Shown: in pieces, positions 1 to 12,623 of the stretch | Layout: every line of letters starts with the position of its first letter | Numbering within the stretch: the first letter of the stretch is position 1 | Translations under genes and position numbers: made by a program | Source of the DNA: Stylophora pistillata | Lineage: Eukaryota | NCBI RefSeq assembly: GCF_002571385.2 | Contig: NW_019218625.1 | Coordinates: 1 to 64,000 of the forward strand | Length of the DNA stretch: 64,000 bases | Reading direction: 5' to 3' | Notes under the pieces: generated by a model | What the model was told of the DNA's origin: nothing | The model's input: the letters and a program-made list of their open reading frames with translations, nothing else | Database searches by the model: none

Positions 1-147
1 TTAGGAAAGCTTGATTTTTGTCTTTCCAAAAGCTAAATTGCATACTTGAGTGAAAAACTGTTATAGCGGCTAATATATCTTCTTTTGTTTGCTAAAACTA
101 AATTGCACTTTTAAGGTAATGACTACAATTCTTTTACAATCAACAAG

Positions 148-3100
148 GCATTTGTGAAACTCTGAGAAATCCCTCCAAGGGAAAAGTGCACGGGAAGAAT
201 CCTTCCGGCCGTTTCCTTGACGGAGATGTAGCAACGTTCTCTTGCGACAATGGTTATGACTTGTTTGGTAAAAAGAGAATTCGTTGCGTTGGCAAGAAAT
301 GGGACTCCACCGTACCTCAATGTAAAGGTGAGTGTATTTCGTACACATGCTGATGGATACGCGTCAATAGCTTTTCAGAGCGACTTCTGAAAATGGTTCG
401 CATGATGTTCATTTCAAGTTTAATAGCTTTATTTAAGGTAAAGAACAGGTCTATGCACCCATAGAACTGATTTAGAATGTAGAAAAATTCTGTTTCTTTC
501 AAATAAAAATTGTACTTAGATGAAAAAAACTCTATTCTCACTTCATCCACGAAAAAGACATACAGGAGCCACAAAGTTTCTTTCTTTTTAACTTTTAAAA
601 GGAAACCTATGAGAACTATCAGGTCATAGTTTCTAAAAAGATAGATCTTCCAGACATAAAATCGCATTTATTCCCACATACTGGTTTTAGGTAATACCTA
701 AAGACGCAGATTCATATTGGTTGACTCCTTATTTGCAGCTCGTTGCAGAGTTTCAAGAAGACCCGTTAACGGTTATGTCAAAATAGGCCCAAAAAACATA
801 GGGGAAATGATTAAGCATGGCGAAAATATCACCTACGGTTGCTTGGACTCTTACACCATTGAGGGAAGTAGTGCTCAAATATGTGACAATGGTCGATTGA
901 CAAATGCTGTTCCTAAATGCAAAGGTCTGTATCGATTTATTTTTGAAAACGAACTTAGCAAGCACTTACGGGACTTTGTTGGGTACAAAACACTTAAAAA
1001 CATTTGGTGCAAGAGAAAGCTTTCGAAATGTTTATAATAATCTACTAAAATCTTAGTGAAACTTGAAAATTGGCAGAACTTATGAACATAGTTGATAAAC
1101 TATGGCAATCGTTCACTGNNNNNNNNNNNNNNNNNNNNNNNNNNNNNNNNNNNNNNNNNNNNNNNNNNNNNNNNNNNNNNNNNNNNNNNNNNNNNNNNNN
1201 NNNNNNNNNNNNNNNNNNNNNNNNNNNNNNNNNNNNNNNNNNNNNNNNNNNNNNNNNNNNNNNNNNNNNNNNNNNNNNNNNNNNNNNNNNNNNNNNNNNN
1301 NNNNNNNNNNNNNNNNNNNNNNNNNNNNNNNNNNNNNNNNNNNNNNNNNNNNNNNNNNNNNNNNNNNNNNNNNNNNNNNNNNNNNNNNNNNNNNNNNNNN
1401 NNNNNNNNNNNNNNNNNNNNNNNNNNNNNNNNNNNNNNNNNNNNNNNNNNNNNNNNNNNNNNNNNNNNNNNNNNNNNNNNNNNNNNNNNNNNNNNNNNNN
1501 NNNNNNNNNNNNNNNNNNNNNNNNNNNNNNNNNNNNNNNNNNNNNNNNNNNNNNNNNNNNNNNNNNNNNNNNNNNNNNNNNNNNNNNNNNNNNNNNNNNN
1601 NNNNNNNNNNNNNNNNNNNNNNNNNNNNNNNNNNNNNNNNNNNNNNNNNNNNNNNNNNNNNNNNNNNNNNNNNNNNNNNNNNNNNNNNNNNNNNNNNNNN
1701 NNNNNNNNNNNNNNNNNNNNNNNNNNNNNNNNNNNNNNNNNNNNNNNNNNNNNNNNNNNNNNNNNNNNNNNNNNNNNNCCAATAGATCATGAGTAGGAAG
1801 CAATAAAATCGCGTGTGTAAATCGGTTTATTTATTTCTTACATGAACCTTACCTTCTAGATTATTCTCAATGTGGTGCAAGCCCAATACGGCTTCGAGCA
1901 CGAACACGACGAATGGTTGGTGGTAAAAACTCAAAAAAAGGGTGGTGGCCCTGGATGATTGGACTACGCAGACTGAACAGCAAAAGTAATTTAACAAACG
2001 AAATTTTATCTTTTTAAATCTTTTTTTAACTTACAATTGAAACCGACTGTATAAAAGCCTTCATCGACTTTGTGAAGACTAAAATTAGATTATAATCAAT
2101 TTCGCCCCGGTTACAGTAAAAGAAAGATTTTCTCAATTTTTCTTGTGGCAAATAGAGAACGATTCACCGTGTATTTATCCCTCTTGCATTCTCTTCACAC
2201 CCTCTTTCCAAATATACAGCTAATATATACCCACCAAAAACTCCCTATTTCACTGACGAACTCTGAGTTTATAGCCAGGATTTTTTTTCATACTATTTCG
2301 TGTCTCATTAGAACATGTTTTCTGATATACACTTACTCTTTGCACTCACACTAAATTTTCAAGCTTTTGAAAAAAATACTTTTACAATGAGAACTTTATT
2401 AAGATATTTACCATTGAGACTGAAACATATTTTTTTTTTTTATTTCTGTTCACCTTCCGTTTCTTAGTGGAAAATGTACTTATCTGTGGAGGTGCTCTGA
2501 TTTCTCGTCGCTGGGTTCTGACAGCTGCACATTGTTTTTACCACCAAAATTTTCTGGGGGCTCGTGTTCTCGACGATTTATCCAATAAGTAAGCACTAAG
2601 TCCCTTAACTTTTTTACGTTTTGAAGTTTTAAATAACCATTTTATATCTATAGATATCATTTTTTATTACATTATTTAAAATTTCTTATCTAAAGAGAGA
2701 GAAAATTGTGCGAAAAGAAAGGTTTTCGAATTTCTGATCCTTCACAAGGAATAACTCTCGAAAAACTTTCAAAACCAGCCGTTCCTTAATTAGTGAAGCA
2801 AACCTGGCTCTTTGACACGCAGGTACCACGTGACAGTGGGTGACCACCACTTGCAGAGAGTTGAAAAGTCTCAGATGGAAGTGGAGGTGGAGAAGATATT
2901 TGTTCATCGAGATTACATTGATACCAAGCTCACAAATAACATCGCTCTTGTGAAACTTCACCAAAAAGTGGAACTTGGTCGCTTTGTACAGACATTGTGT
3001 ATTCCGGAAAAGGATGATGGTGATTCGGCAATCCCTAGAAAATTCGGCATAGCAACAGGTTGGGGTGTAACACAGGCCTTGAAACTTGGAGAAAATCCCA

Positions 3101-3429
3101 AAGAAGAAAAACGCTACTCAGCCCGTCTTCAATACTCAGCCTTCACAATTCAAAGCGACCAACTCTGCGCTAACAAGTCAGTGCCGTACTTTTTTAACTC
3201 TACGGTGACGTTCTGTGCTGGGGATGGAAAGGGAGGAAATGATACTTGCCATGGCGACAGTGGAGGAGCTTTCGTCCGTGAGGTAAAAAGAGGAGACAAC
3301 TTCCGTTGGGTGGCTTCTGGGCTGGTCAGCTGGGGAGTGGGCTGCGCACAAAAGGATCAGTACGGATACTATACCAGGGTGTATCCATTTATTGATTGGA
3401 TAAAGAAAACTATGAGAGATAACTCTTAG
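148..3429 (+). CDS. Gene A: 3' part of a secreted CCP(sushi)-containing trypsin-family protease homologue, paralogous to the factor B-like protease domain; catalytic Asp replaced by Asn; 5' end outside the window
   Basis: Exons 148-327 (CCP, ICETLRNP...WDSTVPQCK), 739-924 (CCP), gap 1119-1778, 1860-1985 (CGASPIRLRARTRRMVGG...WPWM), 2468-2588 (LICGGALISRRWVLTAAHC), 2823-3429 (NNIAL...DTCHGDSGG...SWGVGC, stop). All have AG/GT boundaries with compatible phases. Confidence 0.85.
1119..1778. other. Assembly gap (660 N)
   Basis: Run of N. Confidence 1.
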
Positions 3430-4889
3430 GAAGATAATTTGGCTTTGTTACAACTAGCGCTGCATACTTGAGATGAATGTTAAAAGCTTTTTATTTCTTT
3501 TCTTTGCAAAAGTATCTTAACAGAGCCCTATTTTAAGTCAAACGAGGAGAATGTTAACTACTTCTAAATTCATGAATTATGTTAACAGAATTCATGCATT
3601 AAAGATGTCTGAATAAGCCTTAGACGAAATAATCAAGTGTGGGATAGACTAGACTCGCTTACTGGCCTACTAGCGCAATATGTAATTTTTTTGGGAAATG
3701 AATACCTTGATGTTAAGGAAGAGAGCTCTTTAAAGATTGTGCATGGTGTTTGGTCGCCCAATAAAAGCAGCATGCAGAGACTTTTTAGCTTTTTTCCGCG
3801 TTGCTGGTTTTTTTTTTTTTTTTAAAATACTGTACATCTCACGATCCTGGTAAAAACCGAGACAATACCTCATCCTCCCTTACAATATAGTTTCTATGAG
3901 TCTGTGACGATAGCACGCCATAAAGGTGGGCGCCCTCTAACACACACAAAACACCAAGCACAAACAAGCCAGAGAAGACACGCCACAACACTATTAAACG
4001 TACGCCTACAAATATTTATTATCCTAAGTAAAACAATAAAGCGACCAACAATAACGATAATACAATGAGCTGAATTATTTATCCTAATTACAGGAACACG
4101 ATAATTTAAACTACAATACACTAAAACTATTTACAAGAGTATTACTATTAAGATATAAAAAAAAAAGGTAGGTGTTTTTTTTAGTTCAGTTCAGTTCAGT
4201 TCACCCTCGCGTCCCTGTGCTTGCCCTGTCCTTAACCCAGCCACTTTCCACCAACAAACGACTGATAAACCAAACAAACGACTGACAAACCAAACTCACT
4301 TTTAACCCAGCCAAACGTAGAAGTTTTCAACTTCACGTAATTCGGTCTTCGCCTAGATCTTTCCTTGACTCAGATGTCTTCACTGGCTTACTATCTGACC
4401 AGAAGATAATCTTTTCCATTTCCTGCTTCTGCGCTTTCTTCGACCAGCTTCTCGGCACACATAAGCCCCCCGGCAAATGAATTCTTCGTTGTGTAAACGA
4501 ACGATTTTACTGAATGACTCTTCAGTGATTAGAACGTGCTCTGATCCGAACGAGTCTCCGTAGCTTTCAAGTCTTCACCGCCGGTGACCTTCTCTCGAAA
4601 CAGGGAGAAAAAAAAAAACCTCACACCGCAACCACCCGAATCCTTATATACATGGCACAGTGAAGGCAAGGTGCCAGAAAAGAATGAAGAAAACCATTTC
4701 ATATATAAAATAAAGTTTAATTACACAACAGGTTACACAAGTGAAGAATACAAGTTACGTAACAGATACAAATATCACGCACTACATTGATCCTAGGAGA
4801 ATAAAATAATTATTTACATATCCCTAAATAAATTCTTTTGGACGCTTTCATGACAGAGTCTTCATCAAACTTAGTCTAACTGACTCATA

Positions 4890-5085
4890 GTAATTTGGTT
4901 ATATCAACTCAGCTGAAATTCTAAATTGGCCACCGTAACGAGTTAAACTGAAGCTGATGTTTCAAGTCCCTTCGCTCTGACGCCGAAAGGGCTAACGCTC
5001 GAAACGCCAGCTTTTCATGATCAACTCGTTACGGTGGCCAATTACAATTTAAACTTAGTTGATATAACCAAATTACCTTGTTACC

Positions 5086-5120
<35 letters not shown>

Positions 5121-5142
5121 TTCACCCTTTACTCAAGAGTCA
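4890..5142. mobile_element. Palindromic short interspersed repeat with a Penelope-type hammerhead-like core
   Basis: Arms gtaatttggttatatcaact...ggccaccgtaacgagtt / aactcgttacggtggcc...agttgatataaccaaattac around ctga...aagggctaacgctcgaaacg. Related copies at ~10950-11125, ~29370-29558, ~41431-41520; shorter relics at ~12045-12142 and ~20593-20692. Confidence 0.7.
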
Positions 5143-6249
5143 TAACATAACTGAGTCTTCATCAAAACACAGACAGAGCAAAGTGACGGTAACTGACCTT
5201 CTGTAAACAATGGCGAAAATTTAACATCAAATGTGCGTCACAATATGTCTATGAGAAAAATATTAATTGTAACAAACTGTTTACCCATCGAATAGAAGAT
5301 GCAGACCTGGGTTGAGAGTTTTACGCAGGATCCAGACACTGCCTTCAAAAGATGATCACCTTGCTACATTCTAATATAAAGGACATTATATTTGTTACCA
5401 CCTGCCATACCTACGTACTTATAGTGCATCGCCGAGTAAATAGAATTGGAATTATTAAAGAGAGGGGAAAGCTCAAAATGAATTCACAGAAAAAGACTTT
5501 TGACAAAGTTGCACTGACAGAGTAACTTTGGACTATTTACACCCCCTCCCATTTCTAGATCTTGACATGCAACACTTGGCACCTCCTCCGTCGACTTTTA
5601 TGATCGTTGCATGACGCGAGGAACGAGTCAGCAAAACGGAAATGTCCCTGACTGCCGACCCATGTACATTAGAGCGTTAGATGATGATTCAAACTCGGTA
5701 ACCACCTAACCCCTGCTACTTTGCAGGATTCATTCTCGTCCCAGATCAGTCAGAGAGCATTTTATCACTCCCTCCAGTTTTCAAGCTGGTGATCTATGTC
5801 AGCACATAAATTTTAGCGTGTATTTAAGATGTCATATAAAAGTTTCTTATTGACATTGAGGTAGATGTAAATAGCGGTTTAAAACTACCCTTGTAGAGTT
5901 GAAAGACTTTTGCTTCAATCACATCGGCAATATTCAGACTTGTCATGTGAAGTTGCAGCCGCCAGTTCAATTTATTCTGATCAACTATCTAGTATAGTAA
6001 AACGTGATGAAAACCGTACACTTAGCCTTTCTTCCTTGTGGCGTTAAAACATTTGCGGATGTTGTTATCTTGACCTTTAGACATTTAGGTTCAGTTTCAA
6101 GGGAAGTATAAATCAAATTTCACAAATTTAAAGAGCGCGCACGACAAGGTTGAATAAGAACATCGTTGAGATCCGCAAAAGTTTTGTATTTCTTGACAGA
6201 CTCTTACTTCACCAGGCACCAACTGAAAAACTATTGCTTGGCTGTAATA

Positions 6250-8088
6250 ATGCTAAAGAAATACCAGTCCCTTGCATGCTTCTTATATATTTCGGTGGTG
6301 TACGTGTCTTTGGGATATGCTGGTAAGTAGTAAGTTTAATTCCAAAGCTATTACTGCTACGAGCTGGGAAATCGTTAGGTTTCAGTCTTACTGACCTATG
6401 GAAAATCCTGCTTAGCATGAATAATTATAGAGAAATTCATGAGGTGGGTTACCAGTCTGTGATTTAGTGAATATTCCTCTTCATAGCAGTCACAAAGGAA
6501 CATCAGATGTATGTATCTAATGTGTTTCATTTTGCGTTTCTAACTGGTCCATGTTTCGGAAGACTTTTAGACATATTTGTGACTCTTCATGTACTCAAAC
6601 ATGAAAGCACAAGCACTAGACACATTATTAATTTATATTGGGGAAGGAAATTAAGCGTCACGCACGTTCGATAACGTAACTTGCGTTGACCTTTACCAAA
6701 TGAAAGAGACCTTTGGTAAAACATTACATTTAAAGACCATAATCTCAAGGCAATCTGCCGTTTACGACATGATCTTAATCGTCTTTCAGACTGCGGCGAT
6801 CAAGGCATTCCTTTACCTCCAACTTCACCACAAATCCGACAGTGCTTAACTGCTGGACCGGTATCGTATTTTTATCTCAGCTTCCCCATTGAATATGAGA
6901 TTACAGCGACGAAGATCTACATTTCAGAAAGCAAAGTTCAATGGATTGAATTGCAGGCGCTACTGTCAAATACGTATGTGAATCGTGATCATTTCAAGGT
7001 AACAGCTTGTTCAGTTGTACTTCTTTCCTTATACGCTCTTCGATTTTTTTTTTCCGGCCTAACTAAAAATCGAGATATCTATGTGAAATGATTGATGTTA
7101 ACTTTGCTCATGGAGTATTCGACTTTTTTTTCTTTTCAGCCACGACACGGTCCTGGGTCACAAGAGTTAGTACTTTCCAAACCAGTCATAACTAGGTCTT
7201 TACGAATTGTGCTGGGGAGACCCCACCAGACCCGCCCCACCCGAATTTGTTTTCTTGGGGTAGTGTATGGATGCGAGGCAACCCCTCAAGGTGAGAGTGT
7301 AGAAAGTTGTGGATAGTCAATTTGAATTAAGTTATTCGATTAAAAAAGCTTTAATAACTATGACGGAAGAAGAACGCTTTTGAGTTCAGATAACTTCTTC
7401 TCCACAAGCAATTTGTGAAAAGCTTCTTTTACAATGAAATGTTAATATTTATGAAATAGTCACCATAGGAGATGAAGCACATTATTATCTATTGTTAAAC
7501 TTTTTTTTTGGTTGTATCTTATCATCATATTAGACCATGTAGGTCATACATAATTCTAATCCTACAGTGTTTTCTCTAACACCTTTCCCGCCTTTTCGCC
7601 CAAAAGCACAGTGCTAAGCTTACATTATTGTATGATGAATGATATAATGCCTTTATTCAAGAAACTGCTCGTAAGATTTCATATCCGCTATTTGCATGCA
7701 ATTAATAAATATATTATTGTCTCGCCTTGTGTTTTATGTCCTTACCGTTTTAGGTTGTATTATGCCTGGCTCTCCAGTCCTCTTCAAAGATGGAGGGAAA
7801 TACTTGAAAGGGCGATTTTCGTTGACCACGAGGCGTTCCGGATGGGAGATTGTTTATGGAGAGAAATTCATCTATAATAACAAAAATATCATTCTTGATG
7901 AGAAACCACCAAGCGTGCTCCTTGAGGGAACTGCAGTCGTTGGGAAAGATTCGGAAGGGAACTTAAGAGAGGGAAAAGCAAAACAAATGTGCTTGTATCC
8001 AAATCAATGCACGGTCGAGACCAACGGTGTAGAATGGCAAAGTAAGTTCGATGACGTCAGGCTTTTGACGGGAAAACTGTGTAAATAA
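6250..8088 (+). CDS. Gene S1: secreted protein (~255 aa), signal peptide + divergent discoidin/FA58C-like domain + Cys-bracketed tandem-Tudor-like module
   Basis: Exons 6250-6322 (MLKKYQSLACFLYISVVYVSLGYA), 6790-6998, 7140-7290 (PVITRSLRI...VYGC, like a discoidin C-terminus), 7754-8088 (CIMPGSPVLF...VRLLTGKLCK*). Open frame across GT-AG joins. Confidence 0.8.
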
Positions 8089-9185
8089 TCTGCGTCTACG
8101 ATCGTTTTTGATATTTAACTCCCTTTTGTCAGTCTTGTTTTTTCAGTTTGTGTTCTTCGCCCGATTAAAACCGGTTTTTCAGCGCTGAAATGTTTTGTAC
8201 ATTTTATGTACTTCTCTCTTCTCAGTACAGCATTCTTTGTTCTAAAAGCTAGAGTACTTTTCATTTCAAAGTTATTTCTATATGATGAAAATAATTAAGA
8301 GGGATGTTTGAGTGCTTTTAAAACTTGCCAAAAGAAAAAACTATCTACAAAGATGGAAGACCTTCGTTCTCATAAATTGATCGATCCTCCACTTCACGAT
8401 CTAGCCGGAAGTCAAACTTGCCAGGAAGAGATAAATTTATCATAAAATACCTTCATATAGAATTGATTCTCGTTCATATTCATTTTAGTTCTCTATATCT
8501 AGATATGGTTAAATGCTTAATAAACATGAAGGAGAAAATGTCATGTTAAGGAATTTTATTTCTAGCAAAAGAAAGGGATTATCGGCAATTAAATAATGCT
8601 TGAACTTGGATGTAAAAGGCACCAATTTGCAATTTTGCGATCGAGCTTTTTGGAGCTTGACCGCTTAAACTGAGATTTAAGCATCCATGAATGATGGAAT
8701 CATTCTGTGTGTGGCTACGTTTGAGAATTAAATAACGTTAACCCACATAACTGAGCTAAAAATAAAATTGTACTTAGATCTCTAAGTAGAGCGGAAATTA
8801 CCGTTTGATAGGTTTTGACCTCTACTTCGCCTGGTTTAATAAGCTTATTCCATAAGAAAATGGTTCATTCAGCTTTTGTTAATAAGTCAAAGTTTTCATG
8901 AATTTTTTTACTTTTATGATTTGCTAACGCGTTAACGCGTTGAAAGTCATATCCAGCTTTGCGCGTCTGTGGAGCAAGAGCATTAATTAAGGGAAGTCGT
9001 AATCATAATTGAGTATGATTTGGCATGTTTTCAGACAAACGCACTGAAGGGATCGGCCTCTGACTATTAATGTTCCGCTTCAGGAGAAGTAACTTTTACA
9101 ATAGAGATAAAGCTCACCTTCAAGTTCCTTATTTTCTGCGTATCGTTATAAGTGTAGACGTCTTATTTTGCTACACAAGCGCCGT

Positions 9186-10786
9186 ATGAAATGGGTCAAG
9201 TTGATTACAAGGAAGTCAAAGGAAATGAACTTGTATGCTGCTTGTGTCGTTTACTATTTAGTGGTTGACTCTATTTCGGATTTATTGGTAAATAGCGGCT
9301 CCTGTTGTATGAATAGGATTTTAACAAATTTCAAATAATTCTGAAAAACACCCACGTAAAGGTAGAATACATTGTATAGGTGACAGCATGACTGGCAAGC
9401 CGGTAACATTGCAAAATACCACCTACAGGTCATACCATTATTTATTTTATAATAGAAACCGAGAAACCTTCGGTAACGCACAAGAGACCTTCATTTCCTC
9501 GGGTTGAAGAAACAAACACAGGCGTCTGCATTCGTACAACCTGTTCTCTCCTTTTTCCTTCACCGTGTTGTCATGGTAACCTTACTATACCATCCATCCA
9601 TGTTATACGACTGTTACACTAAAATAGTGATACTTTCAACCGATCAAATCTCTTCTGCGGCAACCAAATTATAGTCGATACTCTGAACGTATTGCAAATT
9701 AAATATCTTTTCACAAGAAAAGGCGGAAATATGAAATCTTTTATGATATTTTCGCCAACAGATTGACACAATTTAGATTTTTAGCTCACATCACTGCCTA
9801 GTTTGACATTAGCGAGATGATCAAAATATAAACATTTAAATAGAAGTTTACGCAAACTTAGAACTCAAACTGCGCTGATTAAGAAAGACATTTGTCATAC
9901 CTGTTCAAATGTGCCATGGTGACTTGTTCTTGTAATGGAACCAAATTCCTTTATTACATGTTGTAGGTAGAGTGTCAGCTATTGAGGTTATTATCTCCTC
10001 CTCTCATTCGGAAACATGGTCATCAATTCTTATTTAGAGTCAAAAGTCATCTTGTCTGACGAGAGTTAACGCGCTTTCCTACAAAGTTTCTTCGCACTAT
10101 CTTAGTCGTCGGTGAAGCATTACACAGTAGGAATAGATAATAATGTTCCCAAATGGTATAGTGAAGGCCATATTTGTACACCAAGTCAATCCCTTGGAAT
10201 TTGACCTTCTTTCTTATCTGAATGCTTTCCTTTGTGTAGTAAACTTACTCACTGGCCTATTTAAATCCTACAACATCTCTCATAATATCATATTACTCTT
10301 TCCCCCCTCCCCTCCCTTATTAACCAAACGTTTCCTCGATTCCGATTTCCATGCGATGAATACATGGGCCCAAAATGTGGAAAAAAAAAGGTGATGTAAA
10401 ATACTGTGGGACATGCAGCGTGTATGACGGGAAAAGAAAAGTGAAAAGTGTCCCTCAGCCGCTGACTACAACAAACCAAAGTTGGGCCAAATGCTTTGAT
10501 TCATCACCACTCTTGCGATAAGTTTGGAATGCAAAGTAAACGAATCCCAAACGAGAGTATTACAGCATCATCTTCAAAACGGACAGGTAACTCCTCTGAC
10601 CTTAATTAGGCGTTTGGACGGCCCAAGAGCCGTTTACTTTGCGCCAAATGACAAATTTTCTTACAAACAATCCAGCTGAAAGAAACAAAAATTATAACAA
10701 CTCAAAGAGAGCTCTTCTCATTGGGCATAGGTGACAAAATATGGAGTCATTTCCAGGAAAATGGAACATGGAAAGGATACAATAAG
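9186..10786 (+). pseudogene. Gene L1: truncated pseudogene copy of gene L2 (signal exon + first FA58C exon)
   Basis: 9186-9287 matches the L2 signal exon but is 1 nt shorter. ~10520-10786 matches L2 exon 19074-19360 with the acceptor lost, stops and indels. Downstream exons are absent; intron-like similarity to L2 continues to ~12390. Confidence 0.8.
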
Positions 10787-10949
10787 GTTCCCTTATTTAC
10801 AAATGTTTGGTTTTCTTATTTTTTATTTGGTCGTATTGTATCAAGATAGCTAATTTAACATATCTTCCTTTTTATACGTTCATGTACGAGGGGAATATAC
10901 GAGAGTCAATTGATATTTTTTTTTCAAAATGAATAAAGGGGGTAATTCT

Positions 10950-11125
10950 CTAAAGAAACTGTGGTGCTGCGTCGTTGGGGTAACAAAGTAACTTGGTTAT
11001 ATCAACTAAGTTGAACTTGTAAATTAGTCACCGCTCTGAAGAAGGGCTAAAGCACTAAACGTCAACTTTTTAACTCTTCACGGTGTCCAATTAACAATTT
11101 CAACTTAGTTTATGTAACCAAATTT
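10950..11125. mobile_element. Copy of the palindromic hammerhead-core repeat
   Basis: ctgaagaagggctaaagcactaaacgtc core with the same arms as 4890-5142. Absent at the equivalent position of L2 (~19505). Confidence 0.65.
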
Positions 11126-12623
11126 TTTTTTTAAAGTCAGGTTTACTGTTAGTTCTATATCGGACTTATATATCACAAAAAGAAATAAATGCTTCGAATC
11201 TTTCAAGATACTTTGTCGCGGGCGCGAGTGAGATAAAAAGCTGTAATCATGAACTAAAAAAAAACCTTCTGTGTTTATCGTCTGAATATATTAACCCTTT
11301 AATTCCCTCCTTTAGCTGCCGTATATGCCTATAAATCAGTTACAAGAAAATGGTGTTAGATCAAGATATTTTCTTCGACCTGATTAGTTTGCGCATTCTC
11401 ACAACCTGTTTGCTTGATAATATATATAACTAACTGCATATATATTATATATATATGCATTATATATATAATGATATATATATGCATTATATATATATAA
11501 TGTGTGGTAGTCGGAAGAAAACAACTACATATGCATCCCTACAGACCTGTTTCGTGGTTGCCCACTCATCAGGGGATTTTAATATATATCAAAAGAGAAG
11601 TATAATCGTTTGTGTCACGATGTGGTCACTGAAAATGTGGATCGCAATGTTTCGACTGTATACTCCTAATCTTATTCAGGTGATATGTCGATTGGGTACG
11701 CATCAACTATAAACGGTTGTGCTCGGCTTTGACCGGATGGAATTCCACGGTCGTGATTGATGCATGTCAGGACCAGGTTTCCCCTACGGTCCACCACCAC
11801 GCGTCTCCTGATCACTTGTTGTATTTCTTGATCATCGGCATCAAGACTTCTGGGATTTCGATATAAAGATATAGTGCCTCACGATACGGTCGCATGACGA
11901 TAGGCTTCCATTTAATTTTAACCCATTTAATTACGTCCTTTTGCGACGCTGAGTGAAAGAGAAATAAAAGAATTTATGTTATGTTAAGATGTGATAGTTG
12001 CAGCATGTTAAGGTCGTGTAATAAAAGGCGGAAGTATTAAAAAAAATGTGATGCTGCGTTAGGAAGGGAGTAAAGCTAAGAGAGATACTCTTTACAGTGG
12101 CCAATGTACATTATTAACTCAGTTGATAAAACCAAATTATCTTTCTATTTATATATGCCTAAGGCTTCACACAAACCAAGGTTAATGCAACAAAACGCTG
12201 CAACAATACTTGTCAAGCGTCGTTAGAAAACGATTACTACTGACCCCAACGAGGAAATGAGAACTACATGAGAAAGAAAAGATTACTACCAGAATAGCTG
12301 ACACCCCAAAGATGAAGTGAGGGCTTTAGTTTCATTGCAGGCACACTGTGGCGTCACTATGGTATGTGGCGAGCATCAATAGTTTCTATGTACACCAAAG
12401 CTTTCTTCCTTGTGGCGTTAAAGCATTTGCGGATGTTGTTATCTTCACCTTTTGACATTTAAGTTCAGTTTCAAGGGAAGTATAAATCAACTTGAACAGA
12501 TTTAAAGAGCACGCACAACAAGGATGCACGAGAACATCGTTGGTATCCGTAAAAGCTTTGTATTTCTTGGCAGGCTCCTACTTCACTAGGCACCAACTGA
12601 AAAACTCTTGCTTGGCTACAATC

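Noticed and set aside
1045-1803. Long ORFs of 225-252 aa in the ORF track
   Set aside because: Artefacts of translating the N gap.
3885-4790. Possible LTR-retrotransposon or other TE remnant on the minus strand
   Set aside because: Composition is suggestive, but I could not identify a diagnostic motif or paired termini.
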